Virus record (IMG/VR): IMGVR_UViG_3300042482_000702
Span: 124,001 to 188,000 of that record
Strand: one strand, 5' to 3'
DNA length: 64,000 nt
The stretch's first letter is position 1. Each line of letters opens with the position of its first letter. The translations under genes were made by a program, and so were the position numbers. Of the stretch, positions 31,244 through 39,485 are shown one piece after another. The notes beneath the pieces were generated by a model. That model did not search any database, had not been told where the DNA came from, and saw only the letters and a program-made list of their open reading frames with translations.

Positions 31244-31398
31244 TTTAAATTGTTTTTAATTTTATTTTATTTTATTGTTATTCTTATAAATATCCTCAAT
31301 TAAAATTTTTTCTATTTACTTTTAAAACTTTAAAAATTATAATTAAGCATAACTAACTAGATTTTTATTACTAGTTTTTTTTATTACTAGTTTTTTAT

Positions 31399-32220
31399 TT
31401 AATATTCTTTTTTTATTCCTCCTGCTGTTGAATAAGTTTTAATTATGTTTTCTGGTTCTTTTTCAAAATGTTTTTTTACTACATCTACATTTTTTATATC
31501 ATCATCTGAAAATCCTACTTTAGGTATAAAATAATTGCTTATCTTATTTTTTAAAAATGCTTTTTTCTGGATATGATTAGAAACTTTTTTAACATATTCT
31601 ACAAATTCTTTTAACGCCTTAATTTTACCTTCTTCTGGGTTGACAGCAGAACCCTCACCAAAAGTCACTGGGTAAAATTTACATAAATTTAAATATTCCC
31701 TAATCATCTCACTTTTAGAAATTTCTTCTTCATCAGCTAAGTCTCTATATTTTTCTAAATTTTTTATTAATTCTTCAGAATCAATTCCATTAAAATTAGA
31801 AACAATATAATTATAACAACCCTCTTTTAGTACTGACGGAGTATGTCCTCTAGCAGTCACGATTGAAAAAATTGACCCGTTGTTAATTGCTTCAGCAAAA
31901 TCAGGCCAAGCTGGTCCTGGTTTAGCTAACATAGCGTCAACAATAAATTGTTTATCACCTTTTATACCAAAATATCTAAATGGTTCGTCGGCAAACCCAA
32001 CAATTTTATGTCCATCATATTCAAATGGCTCTTTACCAATTTGTTCTCTATATTCAGCAAAATCTTCAGTTGACATACCTACCTCATCACCATCTTCATC
32101 TTTTAATATGATTTTAGTTGGCATAGATACAATATTGTCGTCCCAATCAAATGCATAGTATTTTTCATCAGGGGCTCCTGTTTCATCAATACCTTCTATT
32201 AATTTTCTATTTTTTAACAT
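31399..32220 (-). CDS. HAD-superfamily phosphatase-like protein
   Basis: Motif I FDWDDN, motif II IVTARG, Lys in GKIKA, motif IV FSDDD..N. Confidence 0.7.
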   Translation of the reverse strand: MLKNRKLIEGIDETGAPDEKYYAFDWDDNIVSMPTKIILKDEDGDEVGMSTEDFAEYREQIGKEPFEYDGHKIVGFADEPFRYFGIKGDKQFIVDAMLAKPGPAWPDFAEAINNGSIFSIVTARGHTPSVLKEGCYNYIVSNFNGIDSEELIKNLEKYRDLADEEEISKSEMIREYLNLCKFYPVTFGEGSAVNPEEGKIKALKEFVEYVKKVSNHIQKKAFLKNKISNYFIPKVGFSDDDIKNVDVVKKHFEKEPENIIKTYSTAGGIKKEY

Positions 32221-32240
32221 ATGTTTTTGTATGGCTATAT

Positions 32241-32272
32241 TACAACCGACCGGAATTCACCGGTCAGTCATA
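32241..32272 (-). promoter_or_regulatory. RNA stem-loop directly after the sheath stop codon
   Basis: Minus strand UAUGACUGACCGG-UGAAUU-CCGGUCGGUUGUA with G-U pairs specific to the mRNA strand; no clear U-tract. Confidence 0.55.
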
Positions 32273-32282
32273 ACAATTTTAA

Positions 32283-35200
32283 TTATATATTCTCAAAAGA
32301 AGCTCCGGTTGGAGTAATATAGAATGTGATATCTATAAATTCTAATGATTTGGTTGGTTTGATATAAATCTTACCAGTCATTTGATTTCTGTCTAAATCA
32401 GCAGCATCTGACGATACTGTTACACGGAAATCATATAAACCTCTATCTCTTCTGATAGCGTCCAAAATAGGGTTAACAGCGTCCAAGAAGTCTTGTCTTA
32501 CTTTAGCATCGTTTTGTTCAAACAGTAATCTTACAGATACCGCAGAAATCAATTTACGAGCTTGAAGTAATAATCTTCTAACATTGATTCTATCTAAAGC
32601 CGATTGTCTTATTTGAAGAGTTTTATTACCCCAAATTACAGTACCAACATCAGAGAAAGTAGCAATTGGGTTAATACGACCTTGATAAAGTGTGTCTCTA
32701 TCTTCTTGGGTTAGTTTACGTCTCGCTTTAACCGCATTTACAATACCTCTTGTGTAACCCGCCGCAGCGAACCAAGGGAAAGCAATGTTATCAGTTAATG
32801 CTAAATTTCTCGTAACCTCAGCCGTTGCCGGTAAGTAGATTTGAGTATTGTTAACACTATCTCTTGTTAATACCCAAGGGTAGTAAGTAGCCGTGTAGTT
32901 TGAATCAACACCTATTTGGTCTAAATTATCGACAGCTCGTTGAGGGTAAATTAAATCTGATTGGTCTCCGGTAGAAGGTACAAACATATTATAATCAGGT
33001 GTTGTACAAATATACAACGAATCCGCTCTATCGTTCTCAATCATATCAATAGCACTTTCAACTAAATCTGAATTGTTAAGATAATCAATTCCAGGTGTTA
33101 CAAAAACATTGATGTTAACCGCCTCAGGATTAGAAAATGTTCTTTGTCCTAATTTATATGCGTAATAATCGGTGTTAGCCCAATCTTCACTATTATCGCC
33201 AACAGAAATTTGTTTAAATGCTCCCCAACCTGTTGCCGCAGGATATTTAATTGATACCGCCGCTCCGTGTAAGTAACCGTTTCTACCTAAAACAAATGTA
33301 TCACCATTTGTTCTATATTCTCTATAGATATCCCACCCGTCAAAACCTCCTTGAACAAGGAAACTAAATTTACGAGAATATAGTCTATAATAAGGACTTG
33401 ATTCACTATCAGGGTCTTTTGTAAATGTTGCATCTCCAACATAAAATGCTGGTGTACCACTTGTAGTAAAAGTATTAGGAATTAAGATACTATTAGCATC
33501 TATATCCATATGGAAACCTTTAGTTCTAGTTGACCACTCATCACCTGTAGTATCATTACCAACATCTAAAGGTAATTGTTTTCCTTTATAACCAAAGAAA
33601 TTAGCATCAATACCAATACTATCAGATATACCAAGATAAGTTCTTCTAACATTGTCACCACCACTTCTAGTTGAATCGTCAGCACCTGACGCTAAACCAA
33701 ATGGGGGGTTATAAACAACCTCACCAGGATAATCGTATTTAGTTTTTATAATTGGGAATGGTGATTTAACACCTGCATAATCTCTTGAATTAAATCCTAA
33801 AAATCCACAAGGAAGAGCGTCTATAGGTGCATCTTCATTAAGTTCTAACATAACATATTTAGAATTCAATTCATATTCTCCATCTATAGAACCAACTTTC
33901 TTAGCTATAAATGAATTATCGTTAGGATTCATATTACAATTTGTAAATTTCTCAAGAACAACAGGGGCACTATCAGAATCATAAAAATCTCTAACTAATA
34001 CATCAAAAGTTCCGTTATTAAATGAAATGTTTGCTATAGATATTTTAACTTCTGTGTTAGCGGAGTCACCATCAGCTATTGTTGTAAATTTAAATAAGTT
34101 ATAAACTTTATTACCTCTTAATTCAGACACAACCCAAGGAGATGTCGGTGATTGATATTTTTCTAAATACCAAGCAATGGATGTTGCGTCGGTTTGTTGT
34201 CTTGCATCAGGTAATGCGGTTAAATTACAATTTAAACCTCTAATAAATCCTTTTCTATAACCATATGTTAATAATGTTTGATATCTTTCTTCTACAAACA
34301 ATGGTACTGTTGTTCTTGGTTTTGCAAAATTAGAAGAACCAAATACTTTACTAATATATTTAGAATCAGAATTAGATAACGAAGTTTCAAAGAAAAATTC
34401 TTCACCATCTTTATTTGTAACATTTAATCCAAAAGTAGAGAATGGATTTTTAGTAACTCCTGAATAAGTTGATGAACAATCCATTGAAACGTCTGTTAAA
34501 CCTGAAACTTCATAAACCGCACCGTCATCACTACCATAAGTCGCGATACCTCTTGAACGAAGTGTTGCAATAACTAAATCATCAAAATCGGTATAAGCAG
34601 TTCCTGAATAAACATATATTTCACCTGTAATAACCCCCAAATAACAATTTATCAATCCCCCCTCATTAGGCACACCTATGTTACCAACAACAACCGGATT
34701 ACAAACAGATTCAACCATGACAGTAACAATCCAATTTGTTGGGTTACTTCCATCTTCAGATAATAATTGATATGTTAAACTTCCACTTGAAAAATTATTA
34801 ACGGTTTCCCCACTTATTTGAGTAGAAAGTCCAATCGAAACATATCCATATGGAACACAAGTATCGAACCCACAAACGATTTTTGATAAATCAGTCCCAA
34901 CAGGTACTACAACATTTATTGTGTTGGTATTATAGTTAATACTACCAATTGTGGTTGTACCTATATCATCAACAAGAATTCTACCGAGACTACCTCCATT
35001 GATAAAAATTATATCACCAATTTGATATCCGGTACCAGGTGTATTAATCGTTACATCAGTTATGACACCTGCATCAACAGATATATCAACCGTTAATCCT
35101 TCACCAAAACCATCGGTTGTTGTTGTATAACCATTACCACCAACATATCCTGTTCCTCCTGTGAGTCCATCCAACAATGATACATATCCACCAACAGTGA

Positions 35201-36077
35201 ACCCATAGAAAGTTGAACAATCTGATGTTGTAGATATATTTGATATCTCTTCAACAATACCATAAAAAGATGAACCACTATATGAACCCCCTCCATTATT
35301 ATCAAATAATGAATAATACCAAGGGTCATTTTCTGGTGCTGTGTAATCCGCTAAATCTGAACTAACATTATTAACACCAAAAACATTTGTTGAAGCAGTA
35401 TATGATGTTAATTCTGAATAACTATCTGCTGGGATTGTACCAAAATAAGATATACCAGAATATGATTCGTCAAAATTAATTATTGAATTAAATGCCAAAT
35501 TATTAATATCTGAACGAAGTGTTGAGATACTACCATTAAATAATTCATATGGTAAATCAATTTTATTTAATAAAAATTCAGGTAAATCTGTCTCAATCAT
35601 AGTGATAGATGATATATCATTATCACAACCCGAAAATATGTAAGAATACACATATCTTTCATATTCTTCACACACAGATTCACATCCTGGTGTTAAAGTT
35701 AGACAATTAAAATCGATTGTTGTTGAATCAACATTTGCTTTTGTCGTAATTGACCAAGATGGTCCCGCATCATAACCTGAAAGTCCTAAAACTCTGGTTA
35801 CAAATAATTGATTAGATTGTTGTAAATACGCTTTAGCAATATAAGACGCCTCATATTTTGGTATTTGTGTGTTTATAAATTTTTCAGGGGAAGTTCCTCC
35901 AAAATACGCTGAGAATTCATCAAAATTTCGTATAAAAATAGGTTCGAAGGCTGGACCTTTTAAGGTTTCACCAACAATACCTAATGTAGTTACTCCCACA
36001 CTTTGGGCTACGAAACTTAAATCAACTTCAGAAGTATATACTCCAGGAGATACGAATACTTTACTGTTTGATGCCAT
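32283..36077 (-). CDS. Contractile tail sheath protein with large insertions (1264 aa)
   Basis: N-terminal FVSPGVYTSEVDLS...GETLKGP; C-terminal PWFAAAGYTRG, INPIATF, WGNKT, RINVRRLL, FEQND, IKPTKSLEFI. Confidence 0.95.
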   Translation of the reverse strand: MASNSKVFVSPGVYTSEVDLSFVAQSVGVTTLGIVGETLKGPAFEPIFIRNFDEFSAYFGGTSPEKFINTQIPKYEASYIAKAYLQQSNQLFVTRVLGLSGYDAGPSWSITTKANVDSTTIDFNCLTLTPGCESVCEEYERYVYSYIFSGCDNDISSITMIETDLPEFLLNKIDLPYELFNGSISTLRSDINNLAFNSIINFDESYSGISYFGTIPADSYSELTSYTASTNVFGVNNVSSDLADYTAPENDPWYYSLFDNNGGGSYSGSSFYGIVEEISNISTTSDCSTFYGFTVGGYVSLLDGLTGGTGYVGGNGYTTTTDGFGEGLTVDISVDAGVITDVTINTPGTGYQIGDIIFINGGSLGRILVDDIGTTTIGSINYNTNTINVVVPVGTDLSKIVCGFDTCVPYGYVSIGLSTQISGETVNNFSSGSLTYQLLSEDGSNPTNWIVTVMVESVCNPVVVGNIGVPNEGGLINCYLGVITGEIYVYSGTAYTDFDDLVIATLRSRGIATYGSDDGAVYEVSGLTDVSMDCSSTYSGVTKNPFSTFGLNVTNKDGEEFFFETSLSNSDSKYISKVFGSSNFAKPRTTVPLFVEERYQTLLTYGYRKGFIRGLNCNLTALPDARQQTDATSIAWYLEKYQSPTSPWVVSELRGNKVYNLFKFTTIADGDSANTEVKISIANISFNNGTFDVLVRDFYDSDSAPVVLEKFTNCNMNPNDNSFIAKKVGSIDGEYELNSKYVMLELNEDAPIDALPCGFLGFNSRDYAGVKSPFPIIKTKYDYPGEVVYNPPFGLASGADDSTRSGGDNVRRTYLGISDSIGIDANFFGYKGKQLPLDVGNDTTGDEWSTRTKGFHMDIDANSILIPNTFTTSGTPAFYVGDATFTKDPDSESSPYYRLYSRKFSFLVQGGFDGWDIYREYRTNGDTFVLGRNGYLHGAAVSIKYPAATGWGAFKQISVGDNSEDWANTDYYAYKLGQRTFSNPEAVNINVFVTPGIDYLNNSDLVESAIDMIENDRADSLYICTTPDYNMFVPSTGDQSDLIYPQRAVDNLDQIGVDSNYTATYYPWVLTRDSVNNTQIYLPATAEVTRNLALTDNIAFPWFAAAGYTRGIVNAVKARRKLTQEDRDTLYQGRINPIATFSDVGTVIWGNKTLQIRQSALDRINVRRLLLQARKLISAVSVRLLFEQNDAKVRQDFLDAVNPILDAIRRDRGLYDFRVTVSSDAADLDRNQMTGKIYIKPTKSLEFIDITFYITPTGASFENI

Positions 36078-36171
36078 TTTTTTTGTTGTTTTTATTTGTT
36101 AATTTATTTTTATTGATAAATATTCTGAAAAAAAACAAAAGACTTTACTTTGTGCGAACTATTTATATTTT

Positions 36172-36202
36172 AGGTAGACTTTTTTCTACCTTTTTTCTAC
36201 CT
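36172..36202 (+). promoter_or_regulatory. Putative operator: one AGGTAGA plus two TCTACCT boxes upstream of the RHH gene
   Basis: AGGTAGA at 36172-36178; TCTACCT at 36185-36191 and 36196-36202 (11 bp period), ending at the ATG. Confidence 0.5.
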
Positions 36203-36367
36203 ATGGATAAAGACATTAAAAAGATTAAAAATTTGAAAATTTCAGTTGAAACTCACGAAATTCTTAAAACTTATTGCGAAAAAAACGGAATCAAAATGTA
36301 TAGATTCTTGGAAAGATTAATTGTCGAAAAGTGTTCCCCTAAAAAGGATATCTACGGTGAGGACTAA
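36203..36367 (+). CDS. Ribbon-helix-helix (Arc/CopG-like) DNA-binding protein, 54 aa
   Basis: KNLKISVETHEILKTYCEKNGIKMYRFLERLI fits the beta-alpha-G-alpha RHH pattern. ATG at 36203 is preferred over 36068, which would overlap the divergent sheath start. Confidence 0.75.
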   Translation: MDKDIKKIKNLKISVETHEILKTYCEKNGIKMYRFLERLIVEKCSPKKDIYGED

Positions 36368-37389
36368 TTTATGTGGTTTTTGAATATTATTAACCCCTCT
36401 TTAGTTTCGTCATTTTTTATCACAATAAATTTTAAAACATCATTTGTGTTGATTTGAATATGAGATAAATCAGACCCATAAAATTCACTATTAATATACA
36501 CATCAAAGGTGTGAATATTGGTTTTTTTATGTAAATCTAAATTAGTTGAATAATTAAAAAGTTGTGAAATAATATTATTTTTTTCGTTAAATAAAACAGT
36601 AAGTTCAGGATTAATTACTTTTGGCTTTTTCTTTGTTGTTTTATTGTCCAATTCAACCACTTGTAATAATCGAGAAATTGCCGGAGAAACCTCAAATTCA
36701 TTTTCATCAATTAAAAATCCAAGTACTGTAAAATCATAACTTTGGATGTAATATTTTCTTTTTTCAAGTTCCATTACTGATTCATCTGAAATGTTTCCCA
36801 TAACAATTGGAATGTAATGTCCTTTGATAGATGTATATGCTTGTTTTGATGCAAACTTTCCAAGTACATTTTTATTGAACTCGTTTAATTCCCTCATTCT
36901 ATTACAGATAATTTTCACAACAAAAGAAATATCGACAGGAACCGGTTGAGGAATCTTATAAACATCTGACCCGTGTCTTTGTCCGTCCCAAGTTGGTACT
37001 TGAGCGTAAAAGAATTGTTTTCTATTTGGGATGTTATAAACTATTGCAGGGTTAGTGCCATATTTAACTTCAGGTACTCTAACTACGGTTATAAATGGGG
37101 TCTCAACATTTTTATCTATATTTTGTAAATTCCAAGTTTCAGTAAACTGTGACCAATTTTGAGTTGTTACCAAAATATCAACCATTGATATAGTTTTACC
37201 CTCAACAACGGTTTTTAAATCATTTTTAACAAAATCCAAAAACCCTCTATCTAAATCCGCATGTAAAATTGACTTCGGTAAAAAAGTCCCATCTTTGTTT
37301 ATCTTATCTAAAAGTTCTTCCCTTCTCGGTAAAAGAGTTTTTGATTGAGTTAACGGAATATGTTTTTTTATTTTATTTGGTAATGGCAT
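36364..37389 (-). CDS. Tail completion / sheath terminator-like protein
   Basis: PFITVVR, IPQPVPVDISF, YDFTVLGFL pattern; upstream of the sheath in the neck-tail cluster. Confidence 0.55.
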   Translation of the reverse strand: MPLPNKIKKHIPLTQSKTLLPRREELLDKINKDGTFLPKSILHADLDRGFLDFVKNDLKTVVEGKTISMVDILVTTQNWSQFTETWNLQNIDKNVETPFITVVRVPEVKYGTNPAIVYNIPNRKQFFYAQVPTWDGQRHGSDVYKIPQPVPVDISFVVKIICNRMRELNEFNKNVLGKFASKQAYTSIKGHYIPIVMGNISDESVMELEKRKYYIQSYDFTVLGFLIDENEFEVSPAISRLLQVVELDNKTTKKKPKVINPELTVLFNEKNNIISQLFNYSTNLDLHKKTNIHTFDVYINSEFYGSDLSHIQINTNDVLKFIVIKNDETKEGLIIFKNHIN

Positions 37390-37391
37390 CT

Positions 37392-37826
37392 TTATTTTGT
37401 TATAAAAATTTTATTTTTTAAATTAATCATCTCCACTTCATTGGCATGAAATATAGGTTCTTCGGTGTCTTTCATAACATAAGAATTATATTTGTATGGA
37501 TTGTAGGTGACAATATTATTGTTAGGTTCTTCTGGTAAATTCTCACAAGGGAACTCACAATAATCCATTAAAGTTCCAATAACAAATGAATGTACATTTT
37601 TACTTTTTTCTCTAACCACTCTTTCTCTACCACCTTGTCTAACTCTAAATTCGACATCTTCTAATTTAACATAATCGGAGTGTGAAATTAATCTACCCTT
37701 GTATGTTACCGAAAAGGTGTGTTTATGTAGGTTATAATAAACCATTACTTTTTTACCAATATAATCGTCATCTGAATAAATTTCAAATAATCTTTTTGCT
37801 TGAGATTCTGTTATTAATATTTTCAT
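37392..37826 (-). CDS. Phage hypothetical protein with MKILITE leader
   Basis: VYYNLHK...FRVRQGGRERV..EK.KNVH.F.IG...YNPY core; N-terminus MKILITESQ. Confidence 0.75.
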   Translation of the reverse strand: MKILITESQAKRLFEIYSDDDYIGKKVMVYYNLHKHTFSVTYKGRLISHSDYVKLEDVEFRVRQGGRERVVREKSKNVHSFVIGTLMDYCEFPCENLPEEPNNNIVTYNPYKYNSYVMKDTEEPIFHANEVEMINLKNKIFITK

Positions 37827-38215
37827 TAGTCGGCTACGATTGTTTTTACTGGTAAATCAAAGTTATCTTTAAACCATTCTTTCATAGGTTCTATCCAATA
37901 ACTACCAAACATATTGGTTAATTTTTCATAATCATTAACAATTAATATCGGTGTCTTTTCTTTAAAAGATTTACTCGAAGGTTCATCGCTATAATATTCC
38001 TTTTGAATATATACAAAAGCAACACCATCTTGGTCGTAATCACCTTCATATATATGATAAAAATACTCTCGTATATATGGGTTTTCCTCATCATCATATT
38101 CATCATCATTCCATGTGGTTGGATGAAAATAATCTATGTTACTTACATCAAAAGTATCTTCAAGATAATTATATATTGTTCTATATAATTTATTTTCTGT
38201 TATTAATATTTTCAT
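37826..38215 (-). CDS. Acidic aromatic-rich hypothetical protein, paralog B
   Basis: Tandem paralog of 38215-38601; TAATG stop/start overlap. Confidence 0.8.
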   Translation of the reverse strand: MKILITENKLYRTIYNYLEDTFDVSNIDYFHPTTWNDDEYDDEENPYIREYFYHIYEGDYDQDGVAFVYIQKEYYSDEPSSKSFKEKTPILIVNDYEKLTNMFGSYWIEPMKEWFKDNFDLPVKTIVAD

Positions 38216-38601
38216 TAGTCGGCTACGATTGTTTTTACGGGTAATTTATAATTATCTTCGAACCATTTTTTCATAGGGTCTTTCCAATAATTTCCAAACA
38301 TACTTGACAAATTTTGCCAATCATGTCCATTAACTGATAATATTGGTGATTTATCTTTCAAAGGGTTTGATGAAGGTTCATTACTGTAGTATTCATAAGA
38401 ATAATAACTAAAAACCCACTTTTCATCCTCACCCCACGTATCGTAATAAAAATCTGTAATATATGGATTTTCAATCTCACTCATTTCCTCATCATCCCAA
38501 ACTTCAGGATGAGACGGTTCTAAATTAGATATGTCAAAAGTATCTTCAATATAATTATATATTGTTCTATATAATTTATTTTCTGTTATTAATATTTTCA
38601 T
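38215..38601 (-). CDS. Acidic aromatic-rich hypothetical protein, paralog A
   Basis: Shares MKILITENKLYRTIYNY and LPVKTIVAD termini with its neighbour. Confidence 0.8.
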   Translation of the reverse strand: MKILITENKLYRTIYNYIEDTFDISNLEPSHPEVWDDEEMSEIENPYITDFYYDTWGEDEKWVFSYYSYEYYSNEPSSNPLKDKSPILSVNGHDWQNLSSMFGNYWKDPMKKWFEDNYKLPVKTIVAD

Positions 38602-39113
38602 TATAGACCTCTAAATTCATTATTCATTACCGGTGAAGCAATAATACTACGATAAAAAGGTTTATACCCCCCTATTGTGTGTTTATTATCGGAAGTTACC
38701 CTTCCATCATTATTAACCGTATAATATCTTACTTTATCTTCCGTTTCATAATATCCGATGTAATCACCAAAATTAATATCTACTTCCAAATTATCTAAAT
38801 CTCTCTGATATACCGACACTTTAAGATTGCCCGGCTCAAATTGGTCAATTCTTGATGTCCCAACAAATTTGTTTTCAGGTGGTAAAATTTGAACATATCC
38901 TTTGAACTCAACTGGTGGTAAGAATTTCACACCATCAGATACAGTCTCACCATAGACAGAGTCAGTCTTGGTCTTATATCTATCAACACGATATAGAACT
39001 AATGTAAAGTTCATATCTCCGTGTAACCATTCAGTTCCAAAATCTTGTTCTAACTTGAAATCTTCAGCTCCAAAGAATTTACCTATTCTTGTAATTGGTA
39101 CTTTATTATTCAT
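38601..39113 (-). CDS. Head completion / neck protein (gp14-like)
   Basis: YRVD...DSVYGE...KFLPPVE...GD pattern and cluster context. Confidence 0.55.
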   Translation of the reverse strand: MNNKVPITRIGKFFGAEDFKLEQDFGTEWLHGDMNFTLVLYRVDRYKTKTDSVYGETVSDGVKFLPPVEFKGYVQILPPENKFVGTSRIDQFEPGNLKVSVYQRDLDNLEVDINFGDYIGYYETEDKVRYYTVNNDGRVTSDNKHTIGGYKPFYRSIIASPVMNNEFRGL

Positions 39114-39435
39114 AATTTTTTCGTCTTTTGTATTCTGATTCCGAGCGAGTACCTGAATTATTAATTATAACATTAATACCAAAATAATCTTTTATAGTCT
39201 TTTGTATTTCACGATTCCACCCACTTCTGTAATTTACAGAAACTTCACGACCCTGATATGAAACTTTCAGATATTTACTATCGTCAGGGACAACATATGT
39301 TACCTTCATATAATATTCTTCACCAGTATCATCAGTTGGTTCTAATGTATAAATAAGTTCAGACACACCATTAGGTTTAATGTGTTTAATCATTTTATTT
39401 ATTAATTTGTCTAATATCTCTTGTCTCATTCTCAT
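39106..39435 (-). CDS. Hypothetical protein
   Basis: 109-aa ORF preceded by the TATTTATC motif and overlapping the next start. Confidence 0.7.
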   Translation of the reverse strand: MRMRQEILDKLINKMIKHIKPNGVSELIYTLEPTDDTGEEYYMKVTYVVPDDSKYLKVSYQGREVSVNYRSGWNREIQKTIKDYFGINVIINNSGTRSESEYKRRKNYE

Positions 39436-39485
39436 ATGTTGATAAATATTATAAAATATGTTATATTTCTATTAAAAGAATAAAA

